Assembly: GCA_049294075.1 (NCBI GenBank)
Contig: JBAQCK010000058.1
Coordinates: 12,983-76,982 of the forward strand
DNA: 64,000 nt
From: Bacteroidales bacterium
GTDB lineage: Bacteria; Bacteroidota; Bacteroidia; Bacteroidales; VadinHA17
Direction: 5' to 3'
Of the stretch, positions 1-9,902 are shown one piece after another. The stretch's first letter is position 1; each line of letters begins with the position of its first letter. The position numbers and the translations under genes are program-made. The notes below the pieces were generated by a model. That model searched no databases. It was not told the DNA's origin and saw only the letters and a program-made list of their open reading frames with translations.

Positions 1-677
1 CCAACGGAACGGGAAAGGAACTTGTTGCCCACCAGATTCACGAAAAGAGTAACAGGGCAAAAGCCCCGTTTGTCGAGGTCAACTGCGCGGCCATTCCGTC
101 GGAACTGATAGAGAGCGAACTGTTCGGCCACGAGAAAGGCTCATTCACCTCAGCCATAAAACAAAGGATAGGCAAATTCGAGCAGGCAAACGGAGGCACC
201 ATTTTCCTGGATGAGATAGGCGACATGAGTCTGTCGGCCCAGGCCAAGGTACTCCGGGCCCTGCAGGAGAATAAAATTACCAGGGTAGGCTCCGACAAGG
301 ACCTTCACGTCAATGTCAGGATAATAGCTGCAACAAACAAGAATATCAGGAAGGAGATAGAGAATAACACTTTCCGGGAGGACCTGTACCACAGGCTGAG
401 TGTAATAATAATCCATGTTCCGACCCTCAACGAACGCTCCGACGATATCCCCTTGCTTGCAGAACATTTCAACACCCTGATCTGCGGAGAATACGGGATG
501 AGTAAAAAAACTATAAGAAAAGACGCCATTCAGGAACTGCAGAAGATAGAATGGACCGGAAATATAAGGGAATTCAGGAATGTGCTGGAAAGGCTTATCA
601 TTCTTTGCAGGGATGAGATAACCGGTGCCGACGTAATGGCTTATGCACGTCCGGTTTCAGGATCAAATATACTGTAG
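1..677 (+). CDS. sigma-54-dependent transcriptional activator (NtrC/Fis type), C-terminal part; 5' end lies outside the window
   Basis: Frame 3 is open from the window edge. Motifs: GTGKE (Walker A), [10 protein letters not shown] (GAFTGA-type loop), TIFLDEIGD (Walker B), [15 protein letters not shown], then a short C-terminal HTH-like tail. Stop at 675-677. Confidence 0.9.
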   Translation, partial: NGTGKELVAHQIHEKSNRAKAPFVEVNCAAIPSELIESELFGHEKGSFTSAIKQRIGKFEQANGGTIFLDEIGDMSLSAQAKVLRALQENKITRVGSDKDLHVNVRIIAATNKNIRKEIENNTFREDLYHRLSVIIIHVPTLNERSDDIPLLAEHFNTLICGEYGMSKKTIRKDAIQELQKIEWTGNIREFRNVLERLIILCRDEITGADVMAYARPVSGSNIL

Positions 678-689
678 TCAGTATCTGAC

Positions 690-3680
690 TTAAAATCTGA
701 AGTAAATAAACGGCATGGCAGCGATACTGCTCATCCTGAAAAGAAGGAATCCGGCAATGAGCACCAGTAACATCTGAACGGCCAGGGGAGTGTTGATGAA
801 TAATCCTCTGTACCATTCCTTGAATTTCTCGGGGAGAAAATGAATTATGTATCCGGCAGCCATAAGTGCAAATGCCCCGCTGTAGGCATGAAATATAGTT
901 CCGAACGACACAGGCACAAAGTCATTGAATATCTGCCTGAGCATCAGAACCACGCTGTGCATATTCTGCGCCCGGAAAAATATCCAGCAGAAGCTTACGA
1001 AATTGAATGTCAGGAATACCGACAAAACCGTTGCCAGCCGTCCGCTGTGTGCCGGAGTACCGAAAAGGTAATACTTTATTTTATTTATTACCAATCCTAT
1101 GCCATGAAGTCCTCCCCATATGAGGAACCTGAGGCTGGCCCCGTGCCAGAGTCCTCCGATAAGCATGGTCAGCATCAGGTTTACCAGGGTGCGAACCCTG
1201 CCCTTCCGGTTCCCACCCAAAGGTATATAGAGATAATCCTTGAGCCATCGCGACAGTGAGATGTGCCACCGTCTCCAGAAATCGGTAAGATCCAGGGCCT
1301 TGTAAGGTGAATTGAAGTTCACGGGCAGCCGGAAACCCAGGATCAGGGCGATACCTATGGCGATATCCGTATATCCGGAAAAGTCACAGTATATCTGAAG
1401 CCCGTATCCATAAACAGCCAGCAGGTTTTCGAACCCCGAATAAGCCGTTGGCAGTTCAAAGACCCTGTCGATGAAATTGATTGCAATGAAATCGGAGATT
1501 ATAATCTTCTTTATCAGACCCTTCACTATCAGAAACACGGCATGGCTGAACTCCCTTTTTGTAACGTTGTATTCCCGGTAGAGCTGAGGGATGAACTCCG
1601 ATGCCCTGACAATGGGACCGGCAACCAGTTGGGGAAAGAAAGAAACGTAGAAGCCAAAGTCGCTGACATTCCTTACAGGCTCCATTTTCATCCTGTACAT
1701 GTCGATAGTGTAACTGAGCGACTGGAAGGTGAAGAATGAGATTCCCACCGGAAGCACGATGGAGCTTATATCGAAATTCGTACCCAGCAGGCTGTTCGAC
1801 AGGGCCCCGAGTACATCAGTTACCACTATGTCAGTTCCAAACAGATCGTTAATTGTCTGCACGAAAAAGCCGGTATACTTGAAATATGACAGCAGTCCGA
1901 TATTAGACACGATGCTGAGTGCAAGGAAAAATCTCTTTCCTGCTTTTTTACCCGATTTGTAAATCAATAGCCCGCAGGTATAATCTATCAGAGTGACAAA
2001 AACCAGAAGCAGGAGGAATAGTCCTCCTGTCTTGTAGTAGAAGAAAAGGCTCACCAGCAGCAGGTAAAAATTCCTTACAAACATTTTTTTGTAAAACAGG
2101 ATGAATCCTGCAAGGACAAAAAGGAAGAAAATCCAGAATGCCGGTGATGTGAAAATGAATGTTTTGGCCGGATCATAACTGAAGATATCAGAGATCAGGG
2201 TCTTCAGAAAAACCTGCGGGGAATGAGCGTCAACCACGGGAACAACTGCCTCGTGCTTTGCAGGGGCAGAAGTATCGATCTGCACGACAGGAGGGACTTT
2301 AACCACAGGATCGGGCTCCATCCGGGTAAAAAGGTCCTTAACCATAAGTTGTGCAAGACTGTCGGCTCCCTTATCGGTCAGATGAACGTAATCGGGCTTG
2401 GCCAGGGGAGGATTCATGTTGAACCACTTCACAATTGACGACTGTCCTCCCATTGCCGTGCGTGCATCCCAGAAAGCAGCTCCTGTTAATTCAGCTGCAT
2501 TCCTCTGGGCGGTAATAATCTTGGGAATATTCGGATATGATTTCACCCTCGTCCCATCCTGAAAGGCCATGTCAGTGAGTCCGACCACCAGCAGGCCGGT
2601 TCCGGGTGAGATCTCCCTGAGAAGGCCGATCTGGCGGGTTAGGCCTTTCTCATAGTAGGAGTAATCATTCCTGATGGTTGTGGCAAGATTCAGTCCGTAG
2701 TGTATCACAACCAGGTCGGGCTTCAGAAGGTTATATGCCTCCTTCAGGTTATCACTCCCAACCATGGTGAACTCAAGTCCGGCGCTCCCCCTCTGAGGAA
2801 TATTGTCAACCACAATCCCGGTACTGCTCTCGATGCTGATCCCGTAAAGGTCGGGGCTGGTATTTCCTGAAAAATCAATTAGTATGTTGCGCGATTTGGA
2901 CAGCTTGCAGACGTACTCCGTCATTCCCTCAGATGATTTAAGGGTGTCGGTGATAACTGGATTGTCCCCTGATTTTATCTCGATCTTCACGTCACCGCCG
3001 TTGTTCCTGTAGAAGATTCTGAGATAGTCAAATTGCGATTCACTATTGTCGGCAAGTACTGACGGAACGATCCTTATCCACGATTTGACCTTTGAAACAG
3101 AGACTGCTCCCTCCGGCATGTATCTGCAGAAGGCCATAAAGGGACCGAGGTCGTTATGTGTAATCTGCCCGTTGCGGAATGAAAGGTAATTGTATCTTTT
3201 CCAGTTTGATGAGGCTCTTACATAAAACGAACGGGTGTAGGTGACCGGCATCACGGGCAGTAACAGGCCTGGTCCGGTACCGCCATGTTCCTTTCTCAGA
3301 TACCGCCTTATGTAGGAAGTGATCCTGTCGCCCTCGATCTGGGAATCGCCGTAATACAGTACTCTTACCTGCCCTGACTGTGAATGGCTTAGTCCGTCGA
3401 GGAAAACCGACATGGGATCGCGCGGCTGAACTACTGTATCGGCAGCCGCGGAATCGGCTACAAAGGTAATGGCTTGAACAGGTGCCGGAGTGAAAGGGGC
3501 TTCAAGGGAATCCGCGGTCCCGTTCGGTTCAGGATGGCCATTTGATTGTGTTTGAAGAAGGTTGGCCGGAAACAGGTTGTTGATCGTGGGAAGGCCAATG
3601 TCCCATGGCAAAATATATGAAAGACCTGCAAAACAGACCAGATAGATCAGCAAAAGCAAAAATGTCCTAATCGGGCGCAT
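690..3680 (-). CDS. fusion protein: N-terminal membrane-anchored SGNH/GDSL-type domain plus C-terminal MBOAT (AlgI/PatA/DltB-like) O-acyltransferase
   Basis: 996-aa ORF. The N-terminus has a hydrophobic anchor, then YYGDSQIEGD (SGNH block I), HYGLN (block III) and DYVH (block V). The C-terminal half is polytopic with WRRWHISLSRWLKDYLYIPLGGNRKG and GGLWHG (MBOAT histidines). Confidence 0.85.
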   Translation of the reverse strand: MRPIRTFLLLLIYLVCFAGLSYILPWDIGLPTINNLFPANLLQTQSNGHPEPNGTADSLEAPFTPAPVQAITFVADSAAADTVVQPRDPMSVFLDGLSHSQSGQVRVLYYGDSQIEGDRITSYIRRYLRKEHGGTGPGLLLPVMPVTYTRSFYVRASSNWKRYNYLSFRNGQITHNDLGPFMAFCRYMPEGAVSVSKVKSWIRIVPSVLADNSESQFDYLRIFYRNNGGDVKIEIKSGDNPVITDTLKSSEGMTEYVCKLSKSRNILIDFSGNTSPDLYGISIESSTGIVVDNIPQRGSAGLEFTMVGSDNLKEAYNLLKPDLVVIHYGLNLATTIRNDYSYYEKGLTRQIGLLREISPGTGLLVVGLTDMAFQDGTRVKSYPNIPKIITAQRNAAELTGAAFWDARTAMGGQSSIVKWFNMNPPLAKPDYVHLTDKGADSLAQLMVKDLFTRMEPDPVVKVPPVVQIDTSAPAKHEAVVPVVDAHSPQVFLKTLISDIFSYDPAKTFIFTSPAFWIFFLFVLAGFILFYKKMFVRNFYLLLVSLFFYYKTGGLFLLLLVFVTLIDYTCGLLIYKSGKKAGKRFFLALSIVSNIGLLSYFKYTGFFVQTINDLFGTDIVVTDVLGALSNSLLGTNFDISSIVLPVGISFFTFQSLSYTIDMYRMKMEPVRNVSDFGFYVSFFPQLVAGPIVRASEFIPQLYREYNVTKREFSHAVFLIVKGLIKKIIISDFIAINFIDRVFELPTAYSGFENLLAVYGYGLQIYCDFSGYTDIAIGIALILGFRLPVNFNSPYKALDLTDFWRRWHISLSRWLKDYLYIPLGGNRKGRVRTLVNLMLTMLIGGLWHGASLRFLIWGGLHGIGLVINKIKYYLFGTPAHSGRLATVLSVFLTFNFVSFCWIFFRAQNMHSVVLMLRQIFNDFVPVSFGTIFHAYSGAFALMAAGYIIHFLPEKFKEWYRGLFINTPLAVQMLLVLIAGFLLFRMSSIAAMPFIYFRF

Positions 3681-3694
3681 CTGGGTCAGAAAGA

Positions 3695-5248
3695 TCAGCT
3701 CTTCTTCTTAATTTTCAATACCTGTCCGACTTTAATCCTGGAAGCGTCGTTGATGCTGTTCAGCTGAAGTACATCAGAGGCGCTGACGTTATCGAACTTT
3801 TTCACTATATCCCATATCGTATCACCCGACCGGACGGTATAAGTAATGAAATCCCCTTCCTGTACAGTCGGCATAAAGCTCATCGCCGGACCCGACGGCG
3901 ATGTTTTTCCGATCATAGCCTGTTTCTGCGCGAAGGTCATGCCGGTAACCTGCGAGTAGTAATCGGCCTTTGAGGGATCAACATAGATGGCAAGCTTCTG
4001 GCCTACCCTTATTGTATTTCTGTATATATTGTTCCAGTATCTAAGGTCAGACAGGCTGACACGGTACCATTCAGAAATAAAGCCCAGGTTATCCCCGTCC
4101 CTTACCGTGTAAATCAGTTTTGTTTTTCCCTTGACATCGGGGGGCGCGTAGGTTGAACGAGTCGGATCGGCAGTCTGGTTTATCCTGCTCAGATAGATAT
4201 CTGGTTTGTAGTTCCTGATTGTATCGTTAAGATCGATAAAATCGCCAAGGTGGTTCATAGGGAGTGTCAGGGAGAATGGTTTTGACGAACCCGGTACGAG
4301 TCCTGTCCTGTACTGGGGATTAAGGGCTTTCAGTTCTCCCATGGGAATGCTCATCACTTCGGATATCTGGTTAAGGTGGATATCGGTGGTTACCATTATG
4401 GTATCGGTGGCAACGGGGATATTCAGGGGAAGAGGCTTGATTTTGTGTTCGGCATAATAATTCATTGCATAAGCAGCGGCCACATATTGGGGGATATAAC
4501 CTCTCGTCTCGCGCGGAAGCCTGTAGTAGATAGCCCAGTAATCCTTTTTGTTGTCTGACCGTCTGATAGCTTTGTTCACATTTCCCGGACCGCAGTTATA
4601 GGCTGCTATTACCAGAATCCAGTCGTTGTAGATCTTGTACAGGTCTTTCAGGTATTTTGCGGCTGCATGTGTGGCTTTTATGGGGTCTCTTCGTTCGTCG
4701 ACGAGCGAATTGATAGTAAGTCCGTAACTTCTTCCGGTGCTGTACATGAACTGCCAGAGGCCTGTGGCGCCTGCACGCGAAACTGCATTTGGATTAAGGG
4801 CCGATTCTATCACGGCCATGTATTTCAGCTCGGCAGGCAGACCATATGAATCAAATATATCTCCTATCCTGGGGAAATAGTAGTCAGACAGGCCGAGAAC
4901 TGCACTGAACTGTTTTCTTTGTTTTACCGTGTATACATGTATATGGTTCCTTATGATGCCGTTATATGGAAGTTTTATAAGTGAATAAATTTTGCTTATC
5001 CTTCCCTTGTAGACGGAATCGGAATATTCTAATCCGGCTGAATCGCCCATGAAATCATCAGGATGGCCTTCCATAGCCATTTTTACATACCAGCTGTTAA
5101 CAAGGCTGTCGAGGTCGGCTGATATTTTTTCGGCATATATCTCTGAATTGAGGATTATGGTATCATTCGTTGACCAGGCGTTGGTAAAAAGGAGAGCCAG
5201 GAGGAGACCGACAAGTGATTTCTTTAAATATATCATTCTTCCGTTCAT
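3695..5248 (-). CDS. mltD: membrane-bound lytic murein transglycosylase D-like (SLT domain plus two LysM domains)
   Basis: ESALNPNAVSRAGATGLWQFMYSTGRSYGL (SLT catalytic Glu-Ser and GLWQF). Two C-terminal LysM repeats (YTVRDGDNLGFISEWY..., YTVRSGDTIWDIVKKF...). N-terminal signal peptide. Confidence 0.85.
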   Translation of the reverse strand: MNGRMIYLKKSLVGLLLALLFTNAWSTNDTIILNSEIYAEKISADLDSLVNSWYVKMAMEGHPDDFMGDSAGLEYSDSVYKGRISKIYSLIKLPYNGIIRNHIHVYTVKQRKQFSAVLGLSDYYFPRIGDIFDSYGLPAELKYMAVIESALNPNAVSRAGATGLWQFMYSTGRSYGLTINSLVDERRDPIKATHAAAKYLKDLYKIYNDWILVIAAYNCGPGNVNKAIRRSDNKKDYWAIYYRLPRETRGYIPQYVAAAYAMNYYAEHKIKPLPLNIPVATDTIMVTTDIHLNQISEVMSIPMGELKALNPQYRTGLVPGSSKPFSLTLPMNHLGDFIDLNDTIRNYKPDIYLSRINQTADPTRSTYAPPDVKGKTKLIYTVRDGDNLGFISEWYRVSLSDLRYWNNIYRNTIRVGQKLAIYVDPSKADYYSQVTGMTFAQKQAMIGKTSPSGPAMSFMPTVQEGDFITYTVRSGDTIWDIVKKFDNVSASDVLQLNSINDASRIKVGQVLKIKKKS

Positions 5249-5254
5249 TAAAGT

Positions 5255-5959
5255 TTAAAAGTTATAAACGAGGCTGACGTTAAAACCGGCGCCGGCAACA
5301 CCCGGCACAGGCATCCGGAGGGGAGTAACCTGAAGGTCGAGCTGATCAGTGACATCAAAATTGGCAAGGCTGGCATCAACGTTTGCGTCGAGCACCGTAA
5401 TAAGATACCATGCAGCTATGCCGATATAACTAAGATCGCGGTACTGCTTGTAGTAATCGATGGCTCTGAGGAGGTTATCCTCGACCCACGATTTGGTTGA
5501 AGGATTATAGGTTTCAGGATGAAGGACAGGATCGTAATCAGCCGGATCAGAACCCTCGATAAGTCCGATATAGCTGTCGGTTTCCGGGATTTTATCTGTG
5601 AAATCCTGATAAGCCTTCATCATCTCATTGTATTTGCCTGAATTAAATCCAACGCTATAGGCAATGCCTCCAAAACCCGCGTAAACGAAAGGTATCTTCC
5701 AGTATTTCCTGTTGTAAACCTGGCCGAAGCCGGGGAATGTCACTGCAAGCATGGTGGCTTTCATCGGCTCTGGTCTGAATACCCTTTTTACCGGCCTGGC
5801 AACAACTATTGAGTCCTGTGCCGGCAAAACAGCCGGAACACAAAAAAATAACGCGATGAGAATAATTTTTATTTCCTTAATTGTTCTCAAAACCAGCAGA
5901 ATCCGGTTTTTTCCCCGCGGCGGGCGGCACACCGGAGCGACAAATATAATTATTTTCAA
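5255..5959 (-). CDS. DUF5683-like membrane protein; start uncertain
   Basis: FPGFGQVYNRKYWKIPFVYAGFGG motif, and a position directly downstream of parB, as in many Bacteroidota. The longest ORF begins with TTG and overlaps the parB stop. No early ATG. Confidence 0.6.
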   Translation of the reverse strand: MKIIIFVAPVCRPPRGKNRILLVLRTIKEIKIILIALFFCVPAVLPAQDSIVVARPVKRVFRPEPMKATMLAVTFPGFGQVYNRKYWKIPFVYAGFGGIAYSVGFNSGKYNEMMKAYQDFTDKIPETDSYIGLIEGSDPADYDPVLHPETYNPSTKSWVEDNLLRAIDYYKQYRDLSYIGIAAWYLITVLDANVDASLANFDVTDQLDLQVTPLRMPVPGVAGAGFNVSLVYNF

Positions 5960-6837
5960 TAGTTAAGCCGGTCAAAGAGCCCCAAAATGCGCTCCATCTC
6001 TTCCGGATTCTCAAAGGGGATGACTATCTTTCCCTTACCCTGTTCATTTATCCTGAAATTGATCTTTGTTGAGAAAATCCGGTTCAGATGTTCGGAAAGC
6101 TGTTTGAAATCCTCATTGAGTTTCTTTTTTCTTTCCGTTTTAACCGGATCCTTAGTGGTTTTGGACTGAAGTGATCTGACGAGTTCCTCTACCTGCCTCA
6201 CTGAAAGATCACCGTCGATAATGTGGTAATAGACATCCATCTGGGTTTTGGGATTCTCGATATTGACGAGGGTTCGGGCATGGCCCATCATGATGCTCTT
6301 GTTACGGATCCCGAGCTGTATCTCGGCTGGCAGGCGCAGGAGGCGCAGGTAGTTCGATATTGTTGAGCGCTGCTTCCCGACCCTGTCGCTAAGCTGTTCG
6401 TGCGTCACCCTGCACTCTTCGATCAGTCTCTGGAAACTAATGGCCACTTCCATTGCATCGAGATCCTCTCGCTGGATGTTTTCCACAAGGGCAAGCTCAA
6501 GCATTGCCTGGTCATCAGCTGTCCTGATATATGCAGGAACATGTGTCAGCCCCGCCAGGCGTGCCGCCCTGAGGCGCCTCTCGCCGGCTATCAGCTGATA
6601 GCGTCCGTCCGCAGTTTCCCTTACGGTGAGGGGCTGAACAATACCAAGCTTTTTAATTGATGCCGCGAGCTCCTCAAGCGATTGCTCATCAAAATGACTC
6701 CTTGGCTGAAAAGGATTACCGTCTATCGAATCGACTGCTATATCCATGTTGGGTTCTACTTTTCTCTCAAGTACCTCTTTCTCAACACCATCAATCAACG
6801 CTCCAAGTCCTCTTCCTAATGCATTCTTTTTTGTCAT
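5956..6837 (-). CDS. parB: chromosome partitioning protein ParB
   Basis: ALGRGLGALI N-terminal box, GERRLRAARLAG (ParB box) and an HTH region. Start placed at the ATG for MTKKNALGRG (6837), just downstream of the parA stop rather than at the ORF maximum (6876). Confidence 0.9.
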   Translation of the reverse strand: MTKKNALGRGLGALIDGVEKEVLERKVEPNMDIAVDSIDGNPFQPRSHFDEQSLEELAASIKKLGIVQPLTVRETADGRYQLIAGERRLRAARLAGLTHVPAYIRTADDQAMLELALVENIQREDLDAMEVAISFQRLIEECRVTHEQLSDRVGKQRSTISNYLRLLRLPAEIQLGIRNKSIMMGHARTLVNIENPKTQMDVYYHIIDGDLSVRQVEELVRSLQSKTTKDPVKTERKKKLNEDFKQLSEHLNRIFSTKINFRINEQGKGKIVIPFENPEEMERILGLFDRLNY

Positions 6838-6856
6838 GGTCAGTTCGGTTAACGTT

Positions 6857-7633
6857 TTATTTCCCGTCGGGATCATGCTTTTCGATAAGCTCCCTGGCCA
6901 GATTCAGGTAGTTGACGGTTCCTCTCGAATCGGCGTCATACAATATTGCCGGCTGCCCGAAGCTGGGAGCCTCCGAAAGCTTGACATTCCTTTGTATGAT
7001 AGTCTTGAAGACCATCTGCTGGAAATGTTTATTCACCTCTTCGGCAACCTGGTTCGAAAGCCTGAGCCTCGAATCATACATAGTAAGCAGAAAGCCCTCT
7101 ATCTCGAGGTCGGGATTAAGGTTGCCCTGGATTATTTTTATCGTGTTAAGGAGCTTGCCGAGGCCCTCAAGTGCAAAATACTCGCACTGCACGGGGATGA
7201 TCACGGAGTTCGCCGCGGTGAGGGCATTAACGGTGAGCAGGCCCAGCGACGGGGAACAGTCGATGATCACATAATCATAATTCCCGGATATCTTCGAGAG
7301 GATACCCTTGAGTATCTTTTCCCTTTCAGGCCTGTCGAGCATCTCTATCTCGGCTCCGACGAGATCGATGTTGGAAGGCATTACCGACAGGTTCTCAACA
7401 TTTGTCACCATTACGGTATCATAGGGCTCCTTCCCGTCAACCAGACAGTCGTAGACAGTTGACTTCAGCTGACGGGTGTCAATGCCTATCCCGGAAGTGG
7501 CATTTGCCTGAGGATCAGCATCAATTATTATAACTTTCTTTTCAAGGGCGGCCAGACTGGCCGCCAGGTTTATTGCTGTCGTCGTCTTTCCTACCCCACC
7601 CTTCTGATTCGCAATAGCTATTATCCGTCCCAT
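6857..7633 (-). CDS. parA: chromosome partitioning ATPase ParA/Soj
   Basis: [20 protein letters not shown] deviant Walker [12 protein letters not shown], 258 aa, directly upstream of parB. Confidence 0.93.
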   Translation of the reverse strand: MGRIIAIANQKGGVGKTTTAINLAASLAALEKKVIIIDADPQANATSGIGIDTRQLKSTVYDCLVDGKEPYDTVMVTNVENLSVMPSNIDLVGAEIEMLDRPEREKILKGILSKISGNYDYVIIDCSPSLGLLTVNALTAANSVIIPVQCEYFALEGLGKLLNTIKIIQGNLNPDLEIEGFLLTMYDSRLRLSNQVAEEVNKHFQQMVFKTIIQRNVKLSEAPSFGQPAILYDADSRGTVNYLNLARELIEKHDPDGK

Positions 7634-7671
7634 ATGATTCCAGATTGAAATTCCTTATTCATTTCGAGCTT

Positions 7672-7679
7672 CAAATTTA
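7672..7679 (-). promoter_or_regulatory. candidate Bacteroidota -7 box (TAAATTTG) for parAB
   Basis: The reverse complement reads TAAATTTG and matches TAnnTTTG. It lies 39-46 nt upstream of the parA ATG. No clear -33 TTTG. Confidence 0.3.
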
Positions 7680-7883
7680 CTACTTATGAATTTTTAGCTT
7701 CGGAGAGCCAATAATGTAATTGTAAACATTTTATTTGTCCTTATCAACATTTTATTAACAGTCTCTTTTTTTATGAAGGCTTAATGTGTTCACCTGTTGC
7801 GACTCACTGCAATTTTGTAATTTTAATCTTCCTGAAAAGCTATTATTCTTCATTTATTCACATATTTGCCCAAGAGAATCCCG

Positions 7884-8249
7884 ATGGAAAAATCCGGAAC
7901 AAATCCCGAATGGTGCGCTATCTTTAATCCTAACGCAGGCAACGGCAGATATTGCGGCGGCGGAATGAGGCAGACACCCGATGCCCTTCCTGACGATGGC
8001 TTGCTCGACATCACCGTGATAAAGGAGATGGGTAAGCCGGAAATAATAAGAAGCCTAAGCATGCTTTACGACGGGACCGTCCTGAGCCATCCGAAAATAG
8101 ACGGGTTCAGGACCACCGGACTGAAAGTGGTTTCTGATACGGCACTGCTTATAGAAGCTGACGGGGAATTGCCTGGTAACACACCGGCAGAATTCAGCAT
8201 CATCCCGTCGGCAATAAATATAATCTACGGGAAAAAGCTCATTCAATAA
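7884..8249 (+). pseudogene. diacylglycerol/lipid kinase (YegS/BmrU family) with a large in-frame internal deletion
   Basis: The 121-aa product starts with the family N-terminus (WCAIFNPNAGNGR). It then jumps straight to the C-terminal part (YCGGGMRQTPDALPDDGLLDITVI ... EADGELPG). The GGDGT catalytic core is absent. Confidence 0.6.
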
Positions 8250-9360
8250 CCTCTATCTCATAGAGGCCGGGCCATCTCTTGCCGGTGACAAATATCCTCC
8301 CTGTAAGCTGATCCCATGCAATTCCGTTCAGGACATCCGCGTTAACCTCGCGTCTTTTTGCTTCGGGGTAAAGGCGTGAAAGATCGACATAAGAATTCAC
8401 CTTGCCGGTTTTGGGATCTATCCTTGCTATAAGATCTGTCATCCAGATATTGGCCCATATCTCACCGTTAATGTATTCAAGCTCGTTCAGCTGGTCAACC
8501 TTCTTTTCATTGTCATAGACCTCAAGCCTCGAAACGGCATCGAACATTTCGGGCTCATGGAAATAAAGTACATTGGAGCCGTCGCTTCTGACAATCCTGT
8601 CGCCGATTGTGGTAAGACCCCATCCCTCGCCCTGATAAAATATTCTCTTGATCAGTTTGAAATCGGATCTGTTGTAAACGAAGCCAACCTTATTCTGCCA
8701 TGTCACCTGAAAGATCCTGTCGTTGCAAAGGGTTATCCCCTCTCCGAAAAGAGAAGGATCGAGTGTATGCTGTCTTATCACCCGTCCGGTTTCAAGCTCC
8801 GCTGTCCTGAGTGTCGATCCCGTCTCCTGCCCTGTACCCTCATAAAGAACGCCGTCGTGAAAGAACAGTCCCTGGGTAAATGCGCCGGGATCGTGGGGAT
8901 AGGAATTGACAAGCCTGTAGCCAAGCCGTTTGGGTGCCGAATCAGAATATACTATAACAAACCGGGTTACCGATTGAGTCTTGCCGGATGTATAAGCCAC
9001 GGCTTTCACCGGTTTTCTTCCTGTCATTCCGGTAAAATCGCCTGAAACGGTGCATTCCCATGGAGCCGAATTCAGGATGGCAACCTGTTTCCCGTCGAAG
9101 CTTACCTTCACCGAGTCGATAGTTCCTGCATCTGCCACGGGTTCAAGCGATATCTTGACCTGTGCATTAAGCCTGCACTCCTCATTCTCAGCCGGAGATT
9201 TCATCTTTATCAGGCTTGCCGGGAGATCAGCATTGGCTTTCCCTATTGATTCAGTTGAGGTTTTTACGGCATTTCCCGCCCTGTTGGAGCATGAACCGGC
9301 CATGAGAGCCGTCACAACACAAATGACCGTAATAGTTGATTTTAAGTTATCAGCCTTCAT
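8239..9360 (-). CDS. glutaminyl-peptide cyclotransferase (beta-propeller type) lipoprotein with an N-terminal Ig-like domain
   Basis: YPHDPGAFTQGLFFHDGVLYEGTGQ, FGEGITL, GEGWGLT, NELEYINGEIWANIW and LNGIAWD repeats typical of plant/bacterial-type QC. Start set at MKADNL...LMAGSCSN (lipobox) rather than at the ORF maximum 9510. Confidence 0.8.
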   Translation of the reverse strand: MKADNLKSTITVICVVTALMAGSCSNRAGNAVKTSTESIGKANADLPASLIKMKSPAENEECRLNAQVKISLEPVADAGTIDSVKVSFDGKQVAILNSAPWECTVSGDFTGMTGRKPVKAVAYTSGKTQSVTRFVIVYSDSAPKRLGYRLVNSYPHDPGAFTQGLFFHDGVLYEGTGQETGSTLRTAELETGRVIRQHTLDPSLFGEGITLCNDRIFQVTWQNKVGFVYNRSDFKLIKRIFYQGEGWGLTTIGDRIVRSDGSNVLYFHEPEMFDAVSRLEVYDNEKKVDQLNELEYINGEIWANIWMTDLIARIDPKTGKVNSYVDLSRLYPEAKRREVNADVLNGIAWDQLTGRIFVTGKRWPGLYEIEVIE

Positions 9361-9805
9361 TCTGTCTGTCTCTTCTTCCAAACAAACGTCGCAGACTATT
9401 CTTTCTTGCATTGGCGATCTGCCGCTCCATTTCCTGCTGGTGCAGATCGAAAGGGACAAGTATCTGCCATATCTCGCTCCATCCGGGAAACCCGCCAATG
9501 TTCTTGTCATCTATAAAAACATCAGCGTCTATTTTCCTGCTGACTGATTCGTCATATACTTCCTCGGGATAATTCCTGTTGATGGCGTAGAACTCTATCC
9601 CGTTCTTCCTGCAGAATTCGACTGCCTGCTCAAGTTCAGGCCCTGCCCTGAAAGTCCACAGGATTAACCTTGCACCGAGCTTCTCAAGTTCCTTGAGTGT
9701 CTGAAATGCAAACAACTTTTCCTTACCGATACCCGGATATTCGTGCTCCACAATCGTACCATCAAAATCCACTGCAATCCTTATATTCTTTAAACTGATC
9801 ATCAA
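9350..9805 (-). CDS. small HAD-superfamily-like phosphatase/hypothetical protein
   Basis: IAVDFDGTIV (DxDxT motif) near the N-terminus and DVFIDDKN near the C-terminus. 151 aa. Its 3' end overlaps the next gene by 11 nt. Confidence 0.5.
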   Translation of the reverse strand: MMISLKNIRIAVDFDGTIVEHEYPGIGKEKLFAFQTLKELEKLGARLILWTFRAGPELEQAVEFCRKNGIEFYAINRNYPEEVYDESVSRKIDADVFIDDKNIGGFPGWSEIWQILVPFDLHQQEMERQIANARKNSLRRLFGRRDRQNEG

Positions 9806-9902
9806 GACAGTAAAATATCATGCAAATCTAATAATTTCTCCCAATCATGTAAAATTTATCCTAATTTTGCTGGCCACCATGCCGATGGCATGATTCACAG
9901 AC

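Noticed and set aside
6746-7462. 238-aa plus-strand ORF (and 6912-7274) opposite parA
   Set aside because: It lies entirely antisense to a motif-verified parA/parB and gives a low-complexity, motif-free translation. This is a typical shadow ORF.
5956-7900. parS centromere site near parAB
   Set aside because: I looked for TGTTTCACGTGAAACA-like palindromes around parAB and elsewhere and found none. The only half-site-like hit, TGTTTCAC at about 55.99 kb, lies inside oadB and is not palindromic.
8557-9547. Two plus-strand ORFs of about 160 aa opposite the glutaminyl cyclase and HAD-like genes
   Set aside because: Shadow ORFs of a clearly identified beta-propeller CDS.
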